From assembly GCA_002104905.1 (NCBI GenBank), contig MCFE01000094.1:1-64000 (forward strand): a stretch of 64,000 nt of DNA. The letters run 5' to 3'. Of the stretch, positions 1 through 11,228 are shown piece after piece (within the stretch, counting starts at the first letter, position 1; each line of letters begins with the position of its first letter). The DNA comes from Basidiobolus meristosporus CBS 931.73. Taxonomy: Eukaryota; Fungi; Basidiobolomycota. The position numbers were made by a program, and so were the translations under genes. The notes under the pieces are model-generated. The model did no database searches, was not told the DNA's origin, and saw only the letters and a program-made list of their open reading frames with translations.

Positions 1-341
1 TTGCGGCGATGCTCTGGCGAGTTCATCCAGGCATTCATCACCGACACTGCATCCCCATACCCCGCTGCAACATTCTCCCCGATGTTGCTCCAGGGATAGC
101 CTGTGGCGCTGATTCTCTGGCCCAGGGTTGTGTTAGGCTCGTCATGGGTCATTTCATGCATGGTAGCTTGATACAGGGTGTGTCGTTCGGCAGCCAAGGC
201 GAGTCTTGGGTCGATAGTGAGAGCTGGGGCGCCAACCAGAGCCCGTTGCTGATTTACGAGTGCGAGTAGTATGTTCGGGTCAAAGGCCAGAATTGCTCCG
301 GAGAATGTGACAGCGGCCGTGATCAGAGAAAGAAACTTCAT
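1..341 (-). CDS. Secreted CAP/SCP (PR-1-like, bacterial YkwD-type) protein, copy 1; 3' end runs off the window
   Basis: ATG at 341 (minus). Positions 1-480 are near-identical to 2657-3136 (copy 3 plus its upstream region; about 3 substitutions seen in the CDS). Signal peptide MKFLSLITAAVTFSGAILA, GENVAAG and WMNSPEHRR motifs. Confidence 0.9.
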   Translation of the reverse strand, partial: MKFLSLITAAVTFSGAILAFDPNILLALVNQQRALVGAPALTIDPRLALAAERHTLYQATMHEMTHDEPNTTLGQRISATGYPWSNIGENVAAGYGDAVSVMNAWMNSPEHRR

Positions 342-389
342 TGTGATAGAGGGTTGTATGCTTGCGATATGAAGGAGGGCACTCCGTAA

Positions 390-397
390 TATTTATA
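390..397 (-). promoter_or_regulatory. TATA box of CAP copy 1
   Basis: TATAAATA on the minus strand 49-56 nt upstream of the ATG; same spacing in all three copies. Confidence 0.55.
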
Positions 398-1095
398 CTT
401 CATATTTTTGTAACTTTTGCGGCAACTTTACCAAGGATTTGGTGGAACTAATTCTTTCGAAGTAGTCACTCTCGGTCCAGCCCTTTTGCTCTTTGAGAAC
501 GGGAAACATAGGAAAGGCTTTTTGGAATGATGGGATAGCCAAATCGGTACACCTGATTTCATTGGTTCTTATATTCTAGTTTTAGTGAACTGCAACTAAT
601 ATACAGACTAAAATAGGAGTCTTGGGTCGAGATTTGGCAGTTTAAATACCACCCTCAATCATTGGCATATAGTCACTGCATTTGGTATTTGGGAAATTTG
701 TCAGTTTAGGAATCGACCCCCAACCAATGGTTGCTTTCGGAGAATTAATGATGTGCGTGGTAAAGTATGTGGATAAGCTGATGAGAGTTCCCATTACTTT
801 TGACATGTTAAGTTAATTTGTATCACTGTTCTTTATTCTTCTTCAGTACAAGCATTTGAATTAGAAGCGTCTTAAGGGTACCTAGCGCGCCAATAACATA
901 ATAAAGGTCGCCGAATTAAAAATATCCTAATACTAATGACATGATCAGTACCATGGGAGTAACTAAGCTATAGTTACAATAGTGATCGCATATCACTCGG
1001 TAATAGGAATTGGGTATAAATCTAGATTTATTGATGCTGACTCTAATGGAACTTCCTACACTTCTAGTAACTGAATATATAATGGGTATACACTT

Positions 1096-1590
1096 CTAAT
1101 TAGCAGTCACGCTCTTTTTGCTTTGCTTTCCTCCAATAAACTTTGATGTCCTTTTGCGCATCATCATAGGCCGTCCAAACTCCTGAGTCCAGTAGCTGCC
1201 TTGCGGCACATAGGCAATTCCAGTTTGGGTGAAGATCGGATCGAGTATGTTGCGGCGATGTGCTGGCGAGTTCATCCAGGCATTCAGCACCGACACTGCA
1301 TCCCCATACCCCGCTGCAACATTCTCCCCGATGTTGCTCCAGGGATAGCCTGTGGCGCTGATTCTCTGGCCCAGGGTTGTGTTAGGCTCGTCATGGGTCA
1401 TTTGCTGCATGGTAGCTTGATACAGGGTGTGTCTTCGAGCAGCCAAATCGAGTCTTGGATCAATAGTGAGGGCTGGGGCGCCAACCAGAGCCCGTTGCTG
1501 ATTTACGAGTGCGAGTAGTATGTTCGGGTCAAAGGCCAGAATTGCTCCGGAGAATGTGACAGCGGCCGTGATCAGAGAAAGAAACTTCAT
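1096..1590 (-). CDS. Secreted CAP/SCP protein, copy 2 (164 aa, intronless, basic C-terminal tail)
   Basis: Signal peptide; LVNQQR, AARRH, GENVAAG, WMNSPAHRRNIL and YWTQEF motifs typical of bacterial-type CAP domains; no cysteines. Confidence 0.92.
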   Translation of the reverse strand: MKFLSLITAAVTFSGAILAFDPNILLALVNQQRALVGAPALTIDPRLDLAARRHTLYQATMQQMTHDEPNTTLGQRISATGYPWSNIGENVAAGYGDAVSVLNAWMNSPAHRRNILDPIFTQTGIAYVPQGSYWTQEFGRPMMMRKRTSKFIGGKQSKKSVTAN

Positions 1591-1638
1591 TGTGATAGAG
1601 GGTTGTATGCTTGAGATGCGAAGGAGGGAACTCCGCGA

Positions 1639-1646
1639 TATTTATA
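1639..1646 (-). promoter_or_regulatory. TATA box of CAP copy 2
   Basis: TATAAATA retained at the same distance from the ATG although the flanking upstream sequence has diverged from copies 1 and 3. Confidence 0.55.
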
Positions 1647-2253
1647 TACACACAGATGAGGCTTTTGTGACAACTTTACGAATGATTTTTATGAAATCAA
1701 CCAAAGAACTGACCATCAGTCCAGAACCTTGGTCTTGGTTCCCTTTATTGGAATTCAGCGGTATACTCTGTGGATATAGTGAGTCTAGCCACGCAGTCCT
1801 GAGACTCATTGGCGAATGTTTATGGCAGTTGTTCTTTGGTAATATGATTCGGTCCAAGGCTTATTTCATCACCCGATTTAGTAAGTACATATGCTAAATT
1901 GAGATGTTTGTTAGCCTATCTCAAGGAACCTTATTGATGATATAGAAATACTGGAGCGGAATAACAGCAATGCTGGCATTCATATTTGGGTTTGAATATG
2001 TCTTGGATGGATTGAGTTGCTCGGAAAATGAGCGCCACCACCCTTATATTATCGAGCTTAATACCATGATGGAGCACATATAATTGCAGAGCTAACTACT
2101 TGAATAGTAATGCGCTCATATGTGAATCATAAAACGCCAGCTATAGGTTATGGTAGTCATCATTTCTTAAGCCCTTGAGTTTAATATCAACGGCAGTACA
2201 GAGTAACGCTCCATAGTAGTGAAGCCATATAATCAGCATGTCTCTGGTTTATA

Positions 2254-2283
2254 TAGGGTTAGGGTTAGGGTTAGGGTTAGGGT
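2254..2283 (+). repeat. Interstitial telomere-type repeat (TAGGGT)5 = TTAGGG array
   Basis: Five perfect hexamers flanked by TATA/ATATAT tracts. Confidence 0.9.
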
Positions 2284-2526
2284 ATATATATTTCAGACAT
2301 TGCTTGCTCCTATCCTGTCTCCGAGAACTTACTCTGTGCCACTGATGTGTCGGTACATGATTTATATTCATTTCTATCGATGCCACATATGACTGCTTTC
2401 TTTCAACAAACTTCATTTATTAATGATTGGGATATCTGTTTTCGGTGGTATTACTCTATTCTATTGACATGAGAGTAGACTGTGGGTATGAGTATATAAT
2501 GGATACATTTCTATTGAGCTCACGCT

Positions 2527-2997
2527 TCATTGCCTTCTTCCAACATATTTTTCTGCTCTTTTGCGCATCATCATGGGCCGGCCGAAGTCCTGAGTCCAGT
2601 AGCTCCCTTGTGGATCGTAGGCAATGCCAGTCTGGGTAAAGATGGGATCTAATATGTTGCGGCGATGCTCTGGCGAGTTCATCCAGGCATTCATCACCGA
2701 CACTGCATCCCCATACCCCGCTGCAACATTCTCCCCGATGTTGCTCCAGGGATAGCCTGTGGCGCTGATTCTCTGGCCCAGGGTTGTGTTGGGCTCGTCA
2801 TGGGTCATTTCATGCATGGTAGCTTGATACAGGGTGTGTCGTTCGGCAGCCAAGGCGAGTCTTGGGTCGATAGTGAGGGCTGGGGCGCCAACCAGAGCTC
2901 GTTGCTGATTTACGAGTGCGAGTAGTATGTTCGGGTCAAAGGCCAGAATTGCTCCGGAGAATGTGACAGCGGCCGTGATCAGAGAAAGAAACTTCAT
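2527..2997 (-). CDS. Secreted CAP/SCP protein, copy 3 (156 aa, intronless)
   Basis: Same motifs as copy 2 (WMNSPEHRRNIL, YWTQDF); different basic tail. Confidence 0.92.
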   Translation of the reverse strand: MKFLSLITAAVTFSGAILAFDPNILLALVNQQRALVGAPALTIDPRLALAAERHTLYQATMHEMTHDEPNTTLGQRISATGYPWSNIGENVAAGYGDAVSVMNAWMNSPEHRRNILDPIFTQTGIAYDPQGSYWTQDFGRPMMMRKRAEKYVGRRQ

Positions 2998-3136
2998 TGT
3001 GATAGAGGGTTGTATGCTTGCGATATGAAGGAGGGCACTCCGTAATATTTATACTTCATATTTTTGTAACTTTTGCGGCAACTTTACCAAGGATTTGGTG
3101 GAACTAATTCTTTCGAAGTAGTCACTCTCGGTCCAG
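2657..3136. repeat. Recent direct duplication of the CAP gene plus about 140 bp of promoter (pair with 1-480)
   Basis: Offset 2656 bp; identity ends sharply after ...ctctcggtccag at 480 and 3136. Confidence 0.9.
3046..3053 (-). promoter_or_regulatory. TATA box of CAP copy 3
   Basis: TATAAATA 49-56 nt upstream of the ATG. Confidence 0.55.
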
Positions 3137-5639
3137 GCCTCGTGGGTTCGATCCGCATTTGCCCATAATTGGAAGTGTGTCAACTTAGTATATTCGGTGT
3201 ATATATTTTGCTACAGATCTGACCGGGCCCTCATTGGCCGGTAGGCGGCTTCCACCTTCATTATTGATTTCGTACTGAATCTGCTGGCGATAGACTTGGA
3301 ATCAACCCAATTCCATATTCGGGAAATACATATGCTAAATAGCAATGGTTGTCGACTTAGGCCTTTAGTATCGAATCATGGGCTCTGCTCTACATTTGTA
3401 CGAATCGCGTATGATGGGGTTTAGTTGCGATTGATTTGATGAGGTTGGTAAATTGAACAAGTTAACATTAATATGCTCACAGGCCCAAACGAAATATTTA
3501 GATGCAGCCCGTGGCATATTGACCAAAATCTATGTTTCTGTTATATCAAAGAGAATCCTTATTTGTACATTCAAGTAACATCCGCTATTGTTGGAAGTTG
3601 CTCTCAAATCGTTAATAGAACTCTCTTGCCATTTCTGGTGGTTTTGAAAAGGAAGCTTGATAATCTGTTCTAACCTTTACCTTCCATCAAATAATCATCA
3701 CGAGCTCCCGTCCACCTTATGTTGAATATGGAATTTGGTTAAGTTGGTTTGAACTGATTTGATATATTTATTTACCATCGTGCTCTATTTATCCAGTTTG
3801 TTAAAGTAAGTTCTTACAACATCGCATAAATACCAAATAGTCAGCCTAGATACCTGTTGGAAAAACCTACGTTGCTACGTGCGTATGATTTGATATACTA
3901 GATTTATACCTAGTGTACTTTGATCCTTTACTGACTTTTTCCCAGCATCCTTACCTTTCACTACAAACTACTGCTGGTATTCCATCCTACTTGCAGCTCT
4001 CACTATATGCGAGAATACCAGTGGTTGGGATCCATGTTTTCCTTATTGAGAGGTCGCATATAAATCAGTAGGTTCTAATATTGTCCCAAGTTATAACTTC
4101 TTGAAAGCTGAAGGCGTTGGTAGGTGTGTAAGTCGAGGTAGTTTTTGGATAACTTTGCAAAGTTCTGTATTTACAATACATCAACAGTACTTGATGTCCC
4201 CAAGTTATCATACAAAGCTCATTCCTAGCTTAAGACTCTGTACCAAACTGACAGCGAAATCTGCAATACAGTGTAGTAATTTACGTATATTTCTACCTAA
4301 TACGAATGAAGTTAATATATCAGACGATTGATTTCTCATTTCTCGAAGAAGGGTTGAAAAACCCAGACCCTAATCCTGATGATGCATGAAGCTCTGCACT
4401 TACCACACATAATACCTTTGACTTAGAGTAATATAAATACCATCGGGAAAGAAAGTTCTCAAACTGGCTTCTCTAACTTGACCTGAATTAAACGAAGCTT
4501 GCTACTAATGCTTGGCAGTTTACCAACCTTGGGCAAACCAAATATCAAGAATGAACGCTGGAGTATTGATAAATCCCACTCGCCATCCTGGTCTGGATTG
4601 GTGTGTCCGGCGAGCTATATTAGCTGGCAATAGTAATTTCTGGTTAGAGATACTACGATTTTGGGAGGAAATGTGAATAGCATTGAGACGCCACATTACT
4701 AGCAAACTCGATTCCAGAATGATCTGGTAACCCCACACCATTTATCAAAGCAATTTCACCCATATAGTATATTTCCCTGCTGGATATGTATAATTTAGGA
4801 AAGTAAGGCGCCTCGATCCCTCCTCAATTGAGATTTACCAAAAATTTTCTTGTCCATAACACGTTATATGAACTAAGGATGGGGTTAGGGATATGAAGTC
4901 TAGTATGGGAAGCGCATTGGCAGTTCCAAAGATAAACAGGTGAATAGTAATGGGCGTGTATCCAAATCCGAACTTGCCTACTAGCAGAGTGTTGGATATT
5001 CCCACCAGCTACGAGCTGAGATTGAAGAAAATGCAACGCAACCGCCCCTGCTCACTTCTGTACCCTATGCAACGGTCAAGGCCCCCGCTACTTACGATCG
5101 AAATTGAAGGTATTGAGATACCGCATCGAAACGTCATGGAAAGCGATTCATAGAATCTATGGAGCAAATAAACGTGGCCTTCACTGGGTAAACATGCGCC
5201 ACTTGAATGTTTATCAATCTGTGCTACTGCCACAGCCTTCAATTATTTTACCAAAAAGGAAGCGGTTTTGTGCTTTTTTCTCCCTGTTTTCAGTTACATT
5301 TGGTCATTCCTGATGAGTACCAAGCAAGGGGCTTTCAGAGACCCACCTTTCCGGGTAATCTGGGCATTTCGCATGGCAGGATGAAATTCCCAGAAGGTTG
5401 GTACAATGAACAAGCGTGGTAAACATTTCCGTGGCAGATCAATTAGCCCGAGGAAAGTGGCTTACCACCACATACGAGAGGCTTCATTGGAGTATGGGTT
5501 TAGGAAGGTGGCCCTGATCGTTTACTTAGACCAAGACATGAGAATAGCAATTCCAAAAAGCTCAAACGCTACTTCTATAAATTAAGGTGGTTTTTCGTCA
5601 GAGTCTTTATCAAAAGCCCCTTCGATTGAAGTAAGCAAT

Positions 5640-6230
5640 ATGATTTCTAAATTTATTCTCTTCGGTATCTTGTGCTTGGCTCTATTCCAAACCTCCGTTC
5701 TCGCCAAGAGTGTTAAGATGACCTATTACTGGATTGCCCAAGAAAGCGATCATTCTGGATCCAAGTCAGTGACAATCAAAACCTGCTCTGGAAAGCGCAT
5801 CGCCAAGGTTTCAAGATCTTTCGCTAAAGCCGCACGAATGGAAGGCACCGCCCGTTTGAACAGTGGGAAGGTGATCAACCTTGATTGTGATTGTCATGGT
5901 GGATACAGTTGCTTCACGACCATTAACCAGAGGCGTTACCCGTACGGCATCGGTGCCAAGGACAACGTGTTGAAGCCCTATGTGAGTGTCTCAGCCAACG
6001 ACATTCCTATAGGTACCACATTGATGGTCAAGCAGCTCAAAGGACTCAAGATGCCCAACGGACATACGCATAGTGGCTGTGTTCGAGTGGACGACAACGG
6101 CTGGAGTTTTGGAAAAAACCAGATTGATTTTTTGGTTGGCAGCAAGAAGCACTACAATCAAATTGACCGTAAATACTCCAAACGACTTGACAAAGTAACC
6201 ATCGCCCGCTCCAGCTGCCATCCAAATTAA
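5640..6230 (+). CDS. Secreted basic 3D-domain / MltA-like double-psi beta-barrel protein (putative lytic transglycosylase-like), 196 aa, intronless
   Basis: Signal peptide; N-terminal TYYW strand; SVSANDIPIGT and VRVDDNGWSFGKNQIDFLVG match the 3D/MltA pattern (AxD..iPlGt, DxG...IDxf); 6 Cys; TATAAA at 5576-5581. Confidence 0.7.
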   Translation: MISKFILFGILCLALFQTSVLAKSVKMTYYWIAQESDHSGSKSVTIKTCSGKRIAKVSRSFAKAARMEGTARLNSGKVINLDCDCHGGYSCFTTINQRRYPYGIGAKDNVLKPYVSVSANDIPIGTTLMVKQLKGLKMPNGHTHSGCVRVDDNGWSFGKNQIDFLVGSKKHYNQIDRKYSKRLDKVTIARSSCHPN

Positions 6231-8405
6231 TCTCGTTGACGAGCTGGTGAGTAGTTAGTTCGTGAGTGTTCGCTTGCATGGATTACCGCAAGTGTAACGG
6301 TTTGTCTTCCGGGAAGATACGTACCATCTGTGCAATGGCTGAATAAAGGTTGGCTTAGATAGCCGGAATTATGTTTGGCAGAGCTAGGTTAGAGATCTGA
6401 TGCTTAGATGGCAGGGTTCTCTCTATTCGTTATCCGCAGAGCTGTAAATCAGCCAATGCTAGTTGATGATCTAGGCTTGTGTCGTATTGATCGTTTGTAT
6501 AAGTGGATCCATTTTTCCAGCAGCGAATTTGCAATTTGTAGATGCTGATGATGCCAAACCCGGTACGCAACTTGATGGAACTTTTCTGAGCAAAGGAGCC
6601 GACAACCAAATCCAGTAAACATTGTAGATGATCGCAACACCACAGTTGGAAATCTATATCAAGTAGCACAATGGCAATCAACGGATGGATGGCTAATCCT
6701 GCCATGGAGACAAAGCCAGTGTGGCGCCGATGCATATTGGAGATTTTGAAGTCTACCAGCGGTAATAATGCCGACTCATCATCTAAATCATCCCAAATGA
6801 GGTGGCTCTGATTCAAGCTACCTGATGGCCTTGTGGGAGGACTATGCCGAAGAGATGTCGCTTTCGATCCATTTGTCTACAAGATTCCAGAGACTTGTGG
6901 GCAGCGTCTCTAGCAAGTTCAATTCTTTTAAAGATGAGTCATTGTTGATTAATTATGGAAGACTAATCATTCACTTAGATCTCCACTAGGCATGAACGCC
7001 ATCTGCAACAACCCTTGCGGAATGGTTTCACCATTGACAATTCCTTAGTTCCACCTCAACTTTCAGGCTCGACATAGAATAGTCTCATTAGGAATAGCCC
7101 TCAATACCATGCTGCGGTAACATCCGACTTCTGCGACTGACATGCATAAATTTGATTGATAGTAGTTGCTGATGACTATCATCCCTGTGCTACTGTACCT
7201 CTAGAGCAACCCAAATCTTCACAACCTCTACAAAGTATCGTTGTTACTCTGGGGAATTCCTTTGACCGGCACGGAATCTTTGTAAACGGTGCCTCCACTT
7301 CGGTTTTTATGAAAGGAGTCTGAGCCCAGTATCTTCGTACTGAGACTGTGTCGACTTCGAGAATTCCGCCTGGATCGCAAGGAAGGAAGGGCAATAAACG
7401 GTAGAAATTCAGCGTTTCCATGGCCTTGAAGAATAATATATAGCCAATGTAGCTTTTCCTGATTCAGTCCTCCTTGAAATTAGCACTGTTCACGGTTAGC
7501 TTCGGATACCCAAGTTGCTATCTCCGTGCCTCGTATACAACCAAGCTTTTCTCGCAACCATTTCCATAAGTTTATTTAAAAGCATACCCTCGCCTACTGC
7601 GTTTAAAGTCACTCCATAAAAATCAATCCTTATCTGTTTTGAAAAACGGTCAATCCATGGGCGGTTGTCATCTACTCTCGGGTCTTCTTGTTTCTCCAAG
7701 CCGGCTTCGAGCGGCTGGTTTCCTCATTTCATTAACAAGAAGCCACACAGCCACTACCACTACGACAGTCAAAATCTTTTCGGGCTTTATACACTTCAGC
7801 TTCGTAGGATAACGACGGCTGATCTACCAGCAATAGCACCAAATCTGGGCATCATTCTTGATAGGGCAGCATCGAGTATGGTAAGCATCGTCGTTGTGCG
7901 ATCTAAAAAGGAGATTCTGAATATGATCATTTCTCACTAAGGGCATATCTGGATACCACAATGTTTGTTTGGTTCACTTCAATCCAAATTGTGTGGCAAG
8001 TCCTATTGTATTCGAGGATGGAAATGTACTGAATGCCAAATGAAATCGTCTTAGAAACTAACAGCACACTTCTCATTATGAATGGGTCTGTGCAACTTGG
8101 CAGGCATATTCAGCAATCTCAGCCCCAACCCCTGCGCTATACCATACCTCGCAATACGCTCATGCTTCTTACGCTTACGTGCTTGCATGGATGAAGTCTA
8201 CCAACAGCAAACCAAATCCACACTTTCTCATGCTCCTACACTAGTAGCACAATGCCCATATGGTTGATATTGCTAATGCGTTATTTATTCAAGATTATAA
8301 CAGATTTCCCCCATACATGCATACATTAAGTTCGTTACTTGTTGATAGTATGCACAGGCTCGAGCTGGGGATCAAATTCATAAGTTTACAAGAAGGTGGC
8401 GTTAT

Positions 8406-9083
8406 TTATAGATCCTCCAAGATGGTTCGAGCCAAGGTACAGGTTATACCGGTGTTGTCGGGCTCAACATAGATCTTCTTCACCACTGCATCCTCGATGA
8501 GCATAGCAAACCGCTTGGATCTGATCGAGCCGAGAACACCTAAGGATCCATGCGACCGTTAGCCTCAAGTGCACCTAATCACATGAAAATCTCATTTACC
8601 TGTGGCATCAAAAGCTAGATCCAAGGCCTTCACGAAATCCCCCTTAGGGTCAGCCAGCATTCTTATCTTTCCTTCGGTGCCAAGCGACTCTCCCCACGCC
8701 TTCATAACGAAAGCGTCGTTGACAGAGACGCACGCGACCAGATCAACACCCTTCTGCTTCAGTTGTGGGTGTGAGTCCAAATAAGAGGGGACGTGGGTCT
8801 TGGAGCATCCTGGAGTGAATGCCCCAGGAACACCAATTAGAAGAGCACGCTTATTGCGCTTGAAAAGGTCGCGTGAGGAGATCTCTTTTGATGGAGAACC
8901 CTCTTGCAGCGGGATATTAGGGAGGAGCTCGCCCACGGCAATGTAGTGTGCACGGCTTGCGTGGAAGCCACGGACTTGAATAAGCTATGTGATCAGGGTT
9001 CGTCAGTAATTGGGATTCTTCCCGCCAAGCGATGTAATCAAGATACCTACTCTTGTTGCTTGTTGGACAGCCTTGCCAATCAT
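8406..9083 (-). CDS. PRDX5: Mitochondrial peroxiredoxin 5-type (atypical 2-Cys Prx), 3 exons (9083-9051, 8984-8600, 8539-8406), 183 aa
   Basis: VPGAFTPGCSKTH peroxidatic motif, SVNDAFVMKAW, RSKRFAM, resolving Cys in GITCT; presequence MIGKAVQQATRLIQVRGFHASRAHY; both introns are GT-AG and keep the frame. Confidence 0.92.
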
Positions 9084-10933
9084 TTTTCTTTGTCAACTCG
9101 ACAACTGGTGATGTCCAAAGTGGGTGCAGATTGCTTTTATAAGCTGGCTGGATGGTGTTACGAGGGTTAGAGAATTCTGTTTTCACATGAGTTACTCCTT
9201 GGATCCAGATTAGTAAGTTGACTGTTGACAGCAACGGTATAATCCCACGGCACTCTCAACCAATCTGTAATTTTTTGCTCAGCAACAAGATTACTGATGC
9301 CACGTGACCAGGCACTCATTCTCACGCACAAAGCACATCTCCCATGCAGCTCTATGGATTGTAGGGCTTTTGTTGCCATGTACCTATCAGGTACCAGGAT
9401 ATAGGGTGCTTCATGATTGACCAGGTGAATAGCTTGTACAAGGATATGACATGATCCCAGTATCAGATCATCTTTTGGCACCACTTGATAATAACACGAA
9501 ATCTACGAACTCGTGAGGCAGGGAACTCTGACCAAATCCGTGTAAATGCGTACTGTGTGACGTTGAAAATAGATGGAAGGCGCAGATGCTAGTTGGACTC
9601 TATTAGGAAAGATGGACGGGTAGAGGCGTATTTTCACCTGACCAAGTCATGTTGTGGCTGCCGTATCTTTGAGAACCCAATCTCGTCAACCTCTTGTCCA
9701 CCCAACCCTAACCCCAGCCCTAGGTTTGGATTGACGGGGCTGGGTCACTCCAAGGTGAAACTATCACTCGCACCTGGCAATACCAATGGCATCTCTGACA
9801 AGACGTAGTCCTGTTAGAAATGCGATGTGTTATGTTAAACAACACATCCTAGTCGATTGGTAATTGGAGGTCTGTCGTCATTGACGCCACCCAACTGCCA
9901 TCCTGATTCGATGGCACGATGCATGGTTAGCTTTCGGAAAGATATTTGACCGTCCTATGGGTGGGACTGATATATCAGTAGACGTGCTGGCTTTCTGTTC
10001 CATGCAGCTCCACTGACCGCCGTCTCCCCTAAGTGTCACCATAAACTCATATCTAACCCGTAGGCCTTGACGGATCAGCTGTCCATCAAGCGCCGTTGGC
10101 TGTTTATGCTCTCTTGAGGCCTAATTGTCCATGTATGCAAAGGCTCGATTAATGTGCCTAAAGCCTGCATTGTCGGACTACGCTCCGTACGGGTTGTATC
10201 CAATAGGTGGCCTTGAGATGCCTCTCGGCTGCACATAGAGGATCGTTGGCGTGGCGATGGGGCATCCAGCAGGCAATCGTCGCAGCGCTCCTGAAGGCAA
10301 CTGACCACATCCATGTAAGTTTGGAATTCAGGACCTCCTCGGTGCAAGAGAAGGTCTACATGATGAATGCTGCTATCCTGCTAGGCAATGATCACATTCC
10401 AAGATTGCCACTAATTCCAGTCCAAGGTTTTACAAAATTAAATCCATGGAATTGGAGCATCCACTCAGGAGCTTAACTAAGAACTCGCGTCACAGTGGTG
10501 CCACTCCTTACACTGGATTGGTGGAGAGTGGCCATGGATTCAGGATGGTTGAATATCTCCGCCTCTGTTTTGGAAATCGGAAGTGGTATTCCTAGGCTGC
10601 ATTTATATTTAATTCGTCGATTCTGATTATACGGATTTTCAAAAACGCTTCTGCCCACGTACACGTACCACCTATTTGCAGTTGCTTCAAGCTGAAGCCA
10701 ATCTAGCCAGCCTTCCTCGTTTCTCGTTCCTCCGTTGCGCGGCCTTTGCTTTCGCCAGCCGTTGACCCCAGCCCAGAGCTGCCTTGCACACACGAGCGGA
10801 CTCGACCCCAGATAAAGGCGCCACGCCAGACGAAGGTTTACCGTTCAGAGCCATTGTAAGTCTGTTGTTGGCTCTTCCCCTCCGCCACGCTAACACCCAC
10901 CTCCCTAGACACTGTACACCGCTCTACCAACAG

Positions 10934-11228
10934 ATGCCCACCTCCGGGTTGAATGCGATGTCTGAGCAAAAGCTCAAGAAGATGGTGGAGTACAACCAGA
11001 GACTTAGAAAGCAGCTGGACCTTCCACGGGTGCCAGTGTCTCAGGCCAGCCACATGTACGTATGCTCATACTCCTTTAAAGTCCAAACCCTGCTCAGCCG
11101 TATCCCGTAGGTTAATCAAGTATGTGACCACCACCCGGGATTACCTGGTTCCTTCAGTATGGGGAACTCCTGGTGCAAACGACCCATTTGTCAGCAAAGG
11201 CGGGGGCTGCGAATGCACCATCCTTTGA
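10934..11228 (+). CDS. Heterotrimeric G-protein gamma subunit (start 10934 or 10958; intron 11056-11110)
   Basis: MSEQKLKKMVEYNQRLRKQLDLPRVPVSQASH|MLIKYVTTTRDYLVPSVWG...DPF, ending in the CAAX box CTIL with an upstream Cys (fungal Ste18/Gpg1 type). Confidence 0.92.

Noticed and set aside
9-2925. Plus-strand ORFs 9-269, 1201-1518 and 2665-2925 repeated three times
   Set aside because: They are antisense shadows of the CAP genes and repeat only because the genes are duplicated.
3140-5600. Short ORFs in the AT-rich spacer between the CAP array and the 3D gene
   Set aside because: No recognisable domain, no consistent splice model and frequent stops.
9700-9725. cccaaccctaaccccagccctagg, a second telomere-like tract
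   Set aside because: Only one perfect CCCTAA unit; compatible with chance.
10075-10900. Possible spliced gene opposite G-gamma (ORFs 10075-10347, 10207-10476, 10473-10793)
   Set aside because: Splice-like signals occur on both strands, but I found no model with a start codon, a continuous frame and a known domain; needs RNA-seq.
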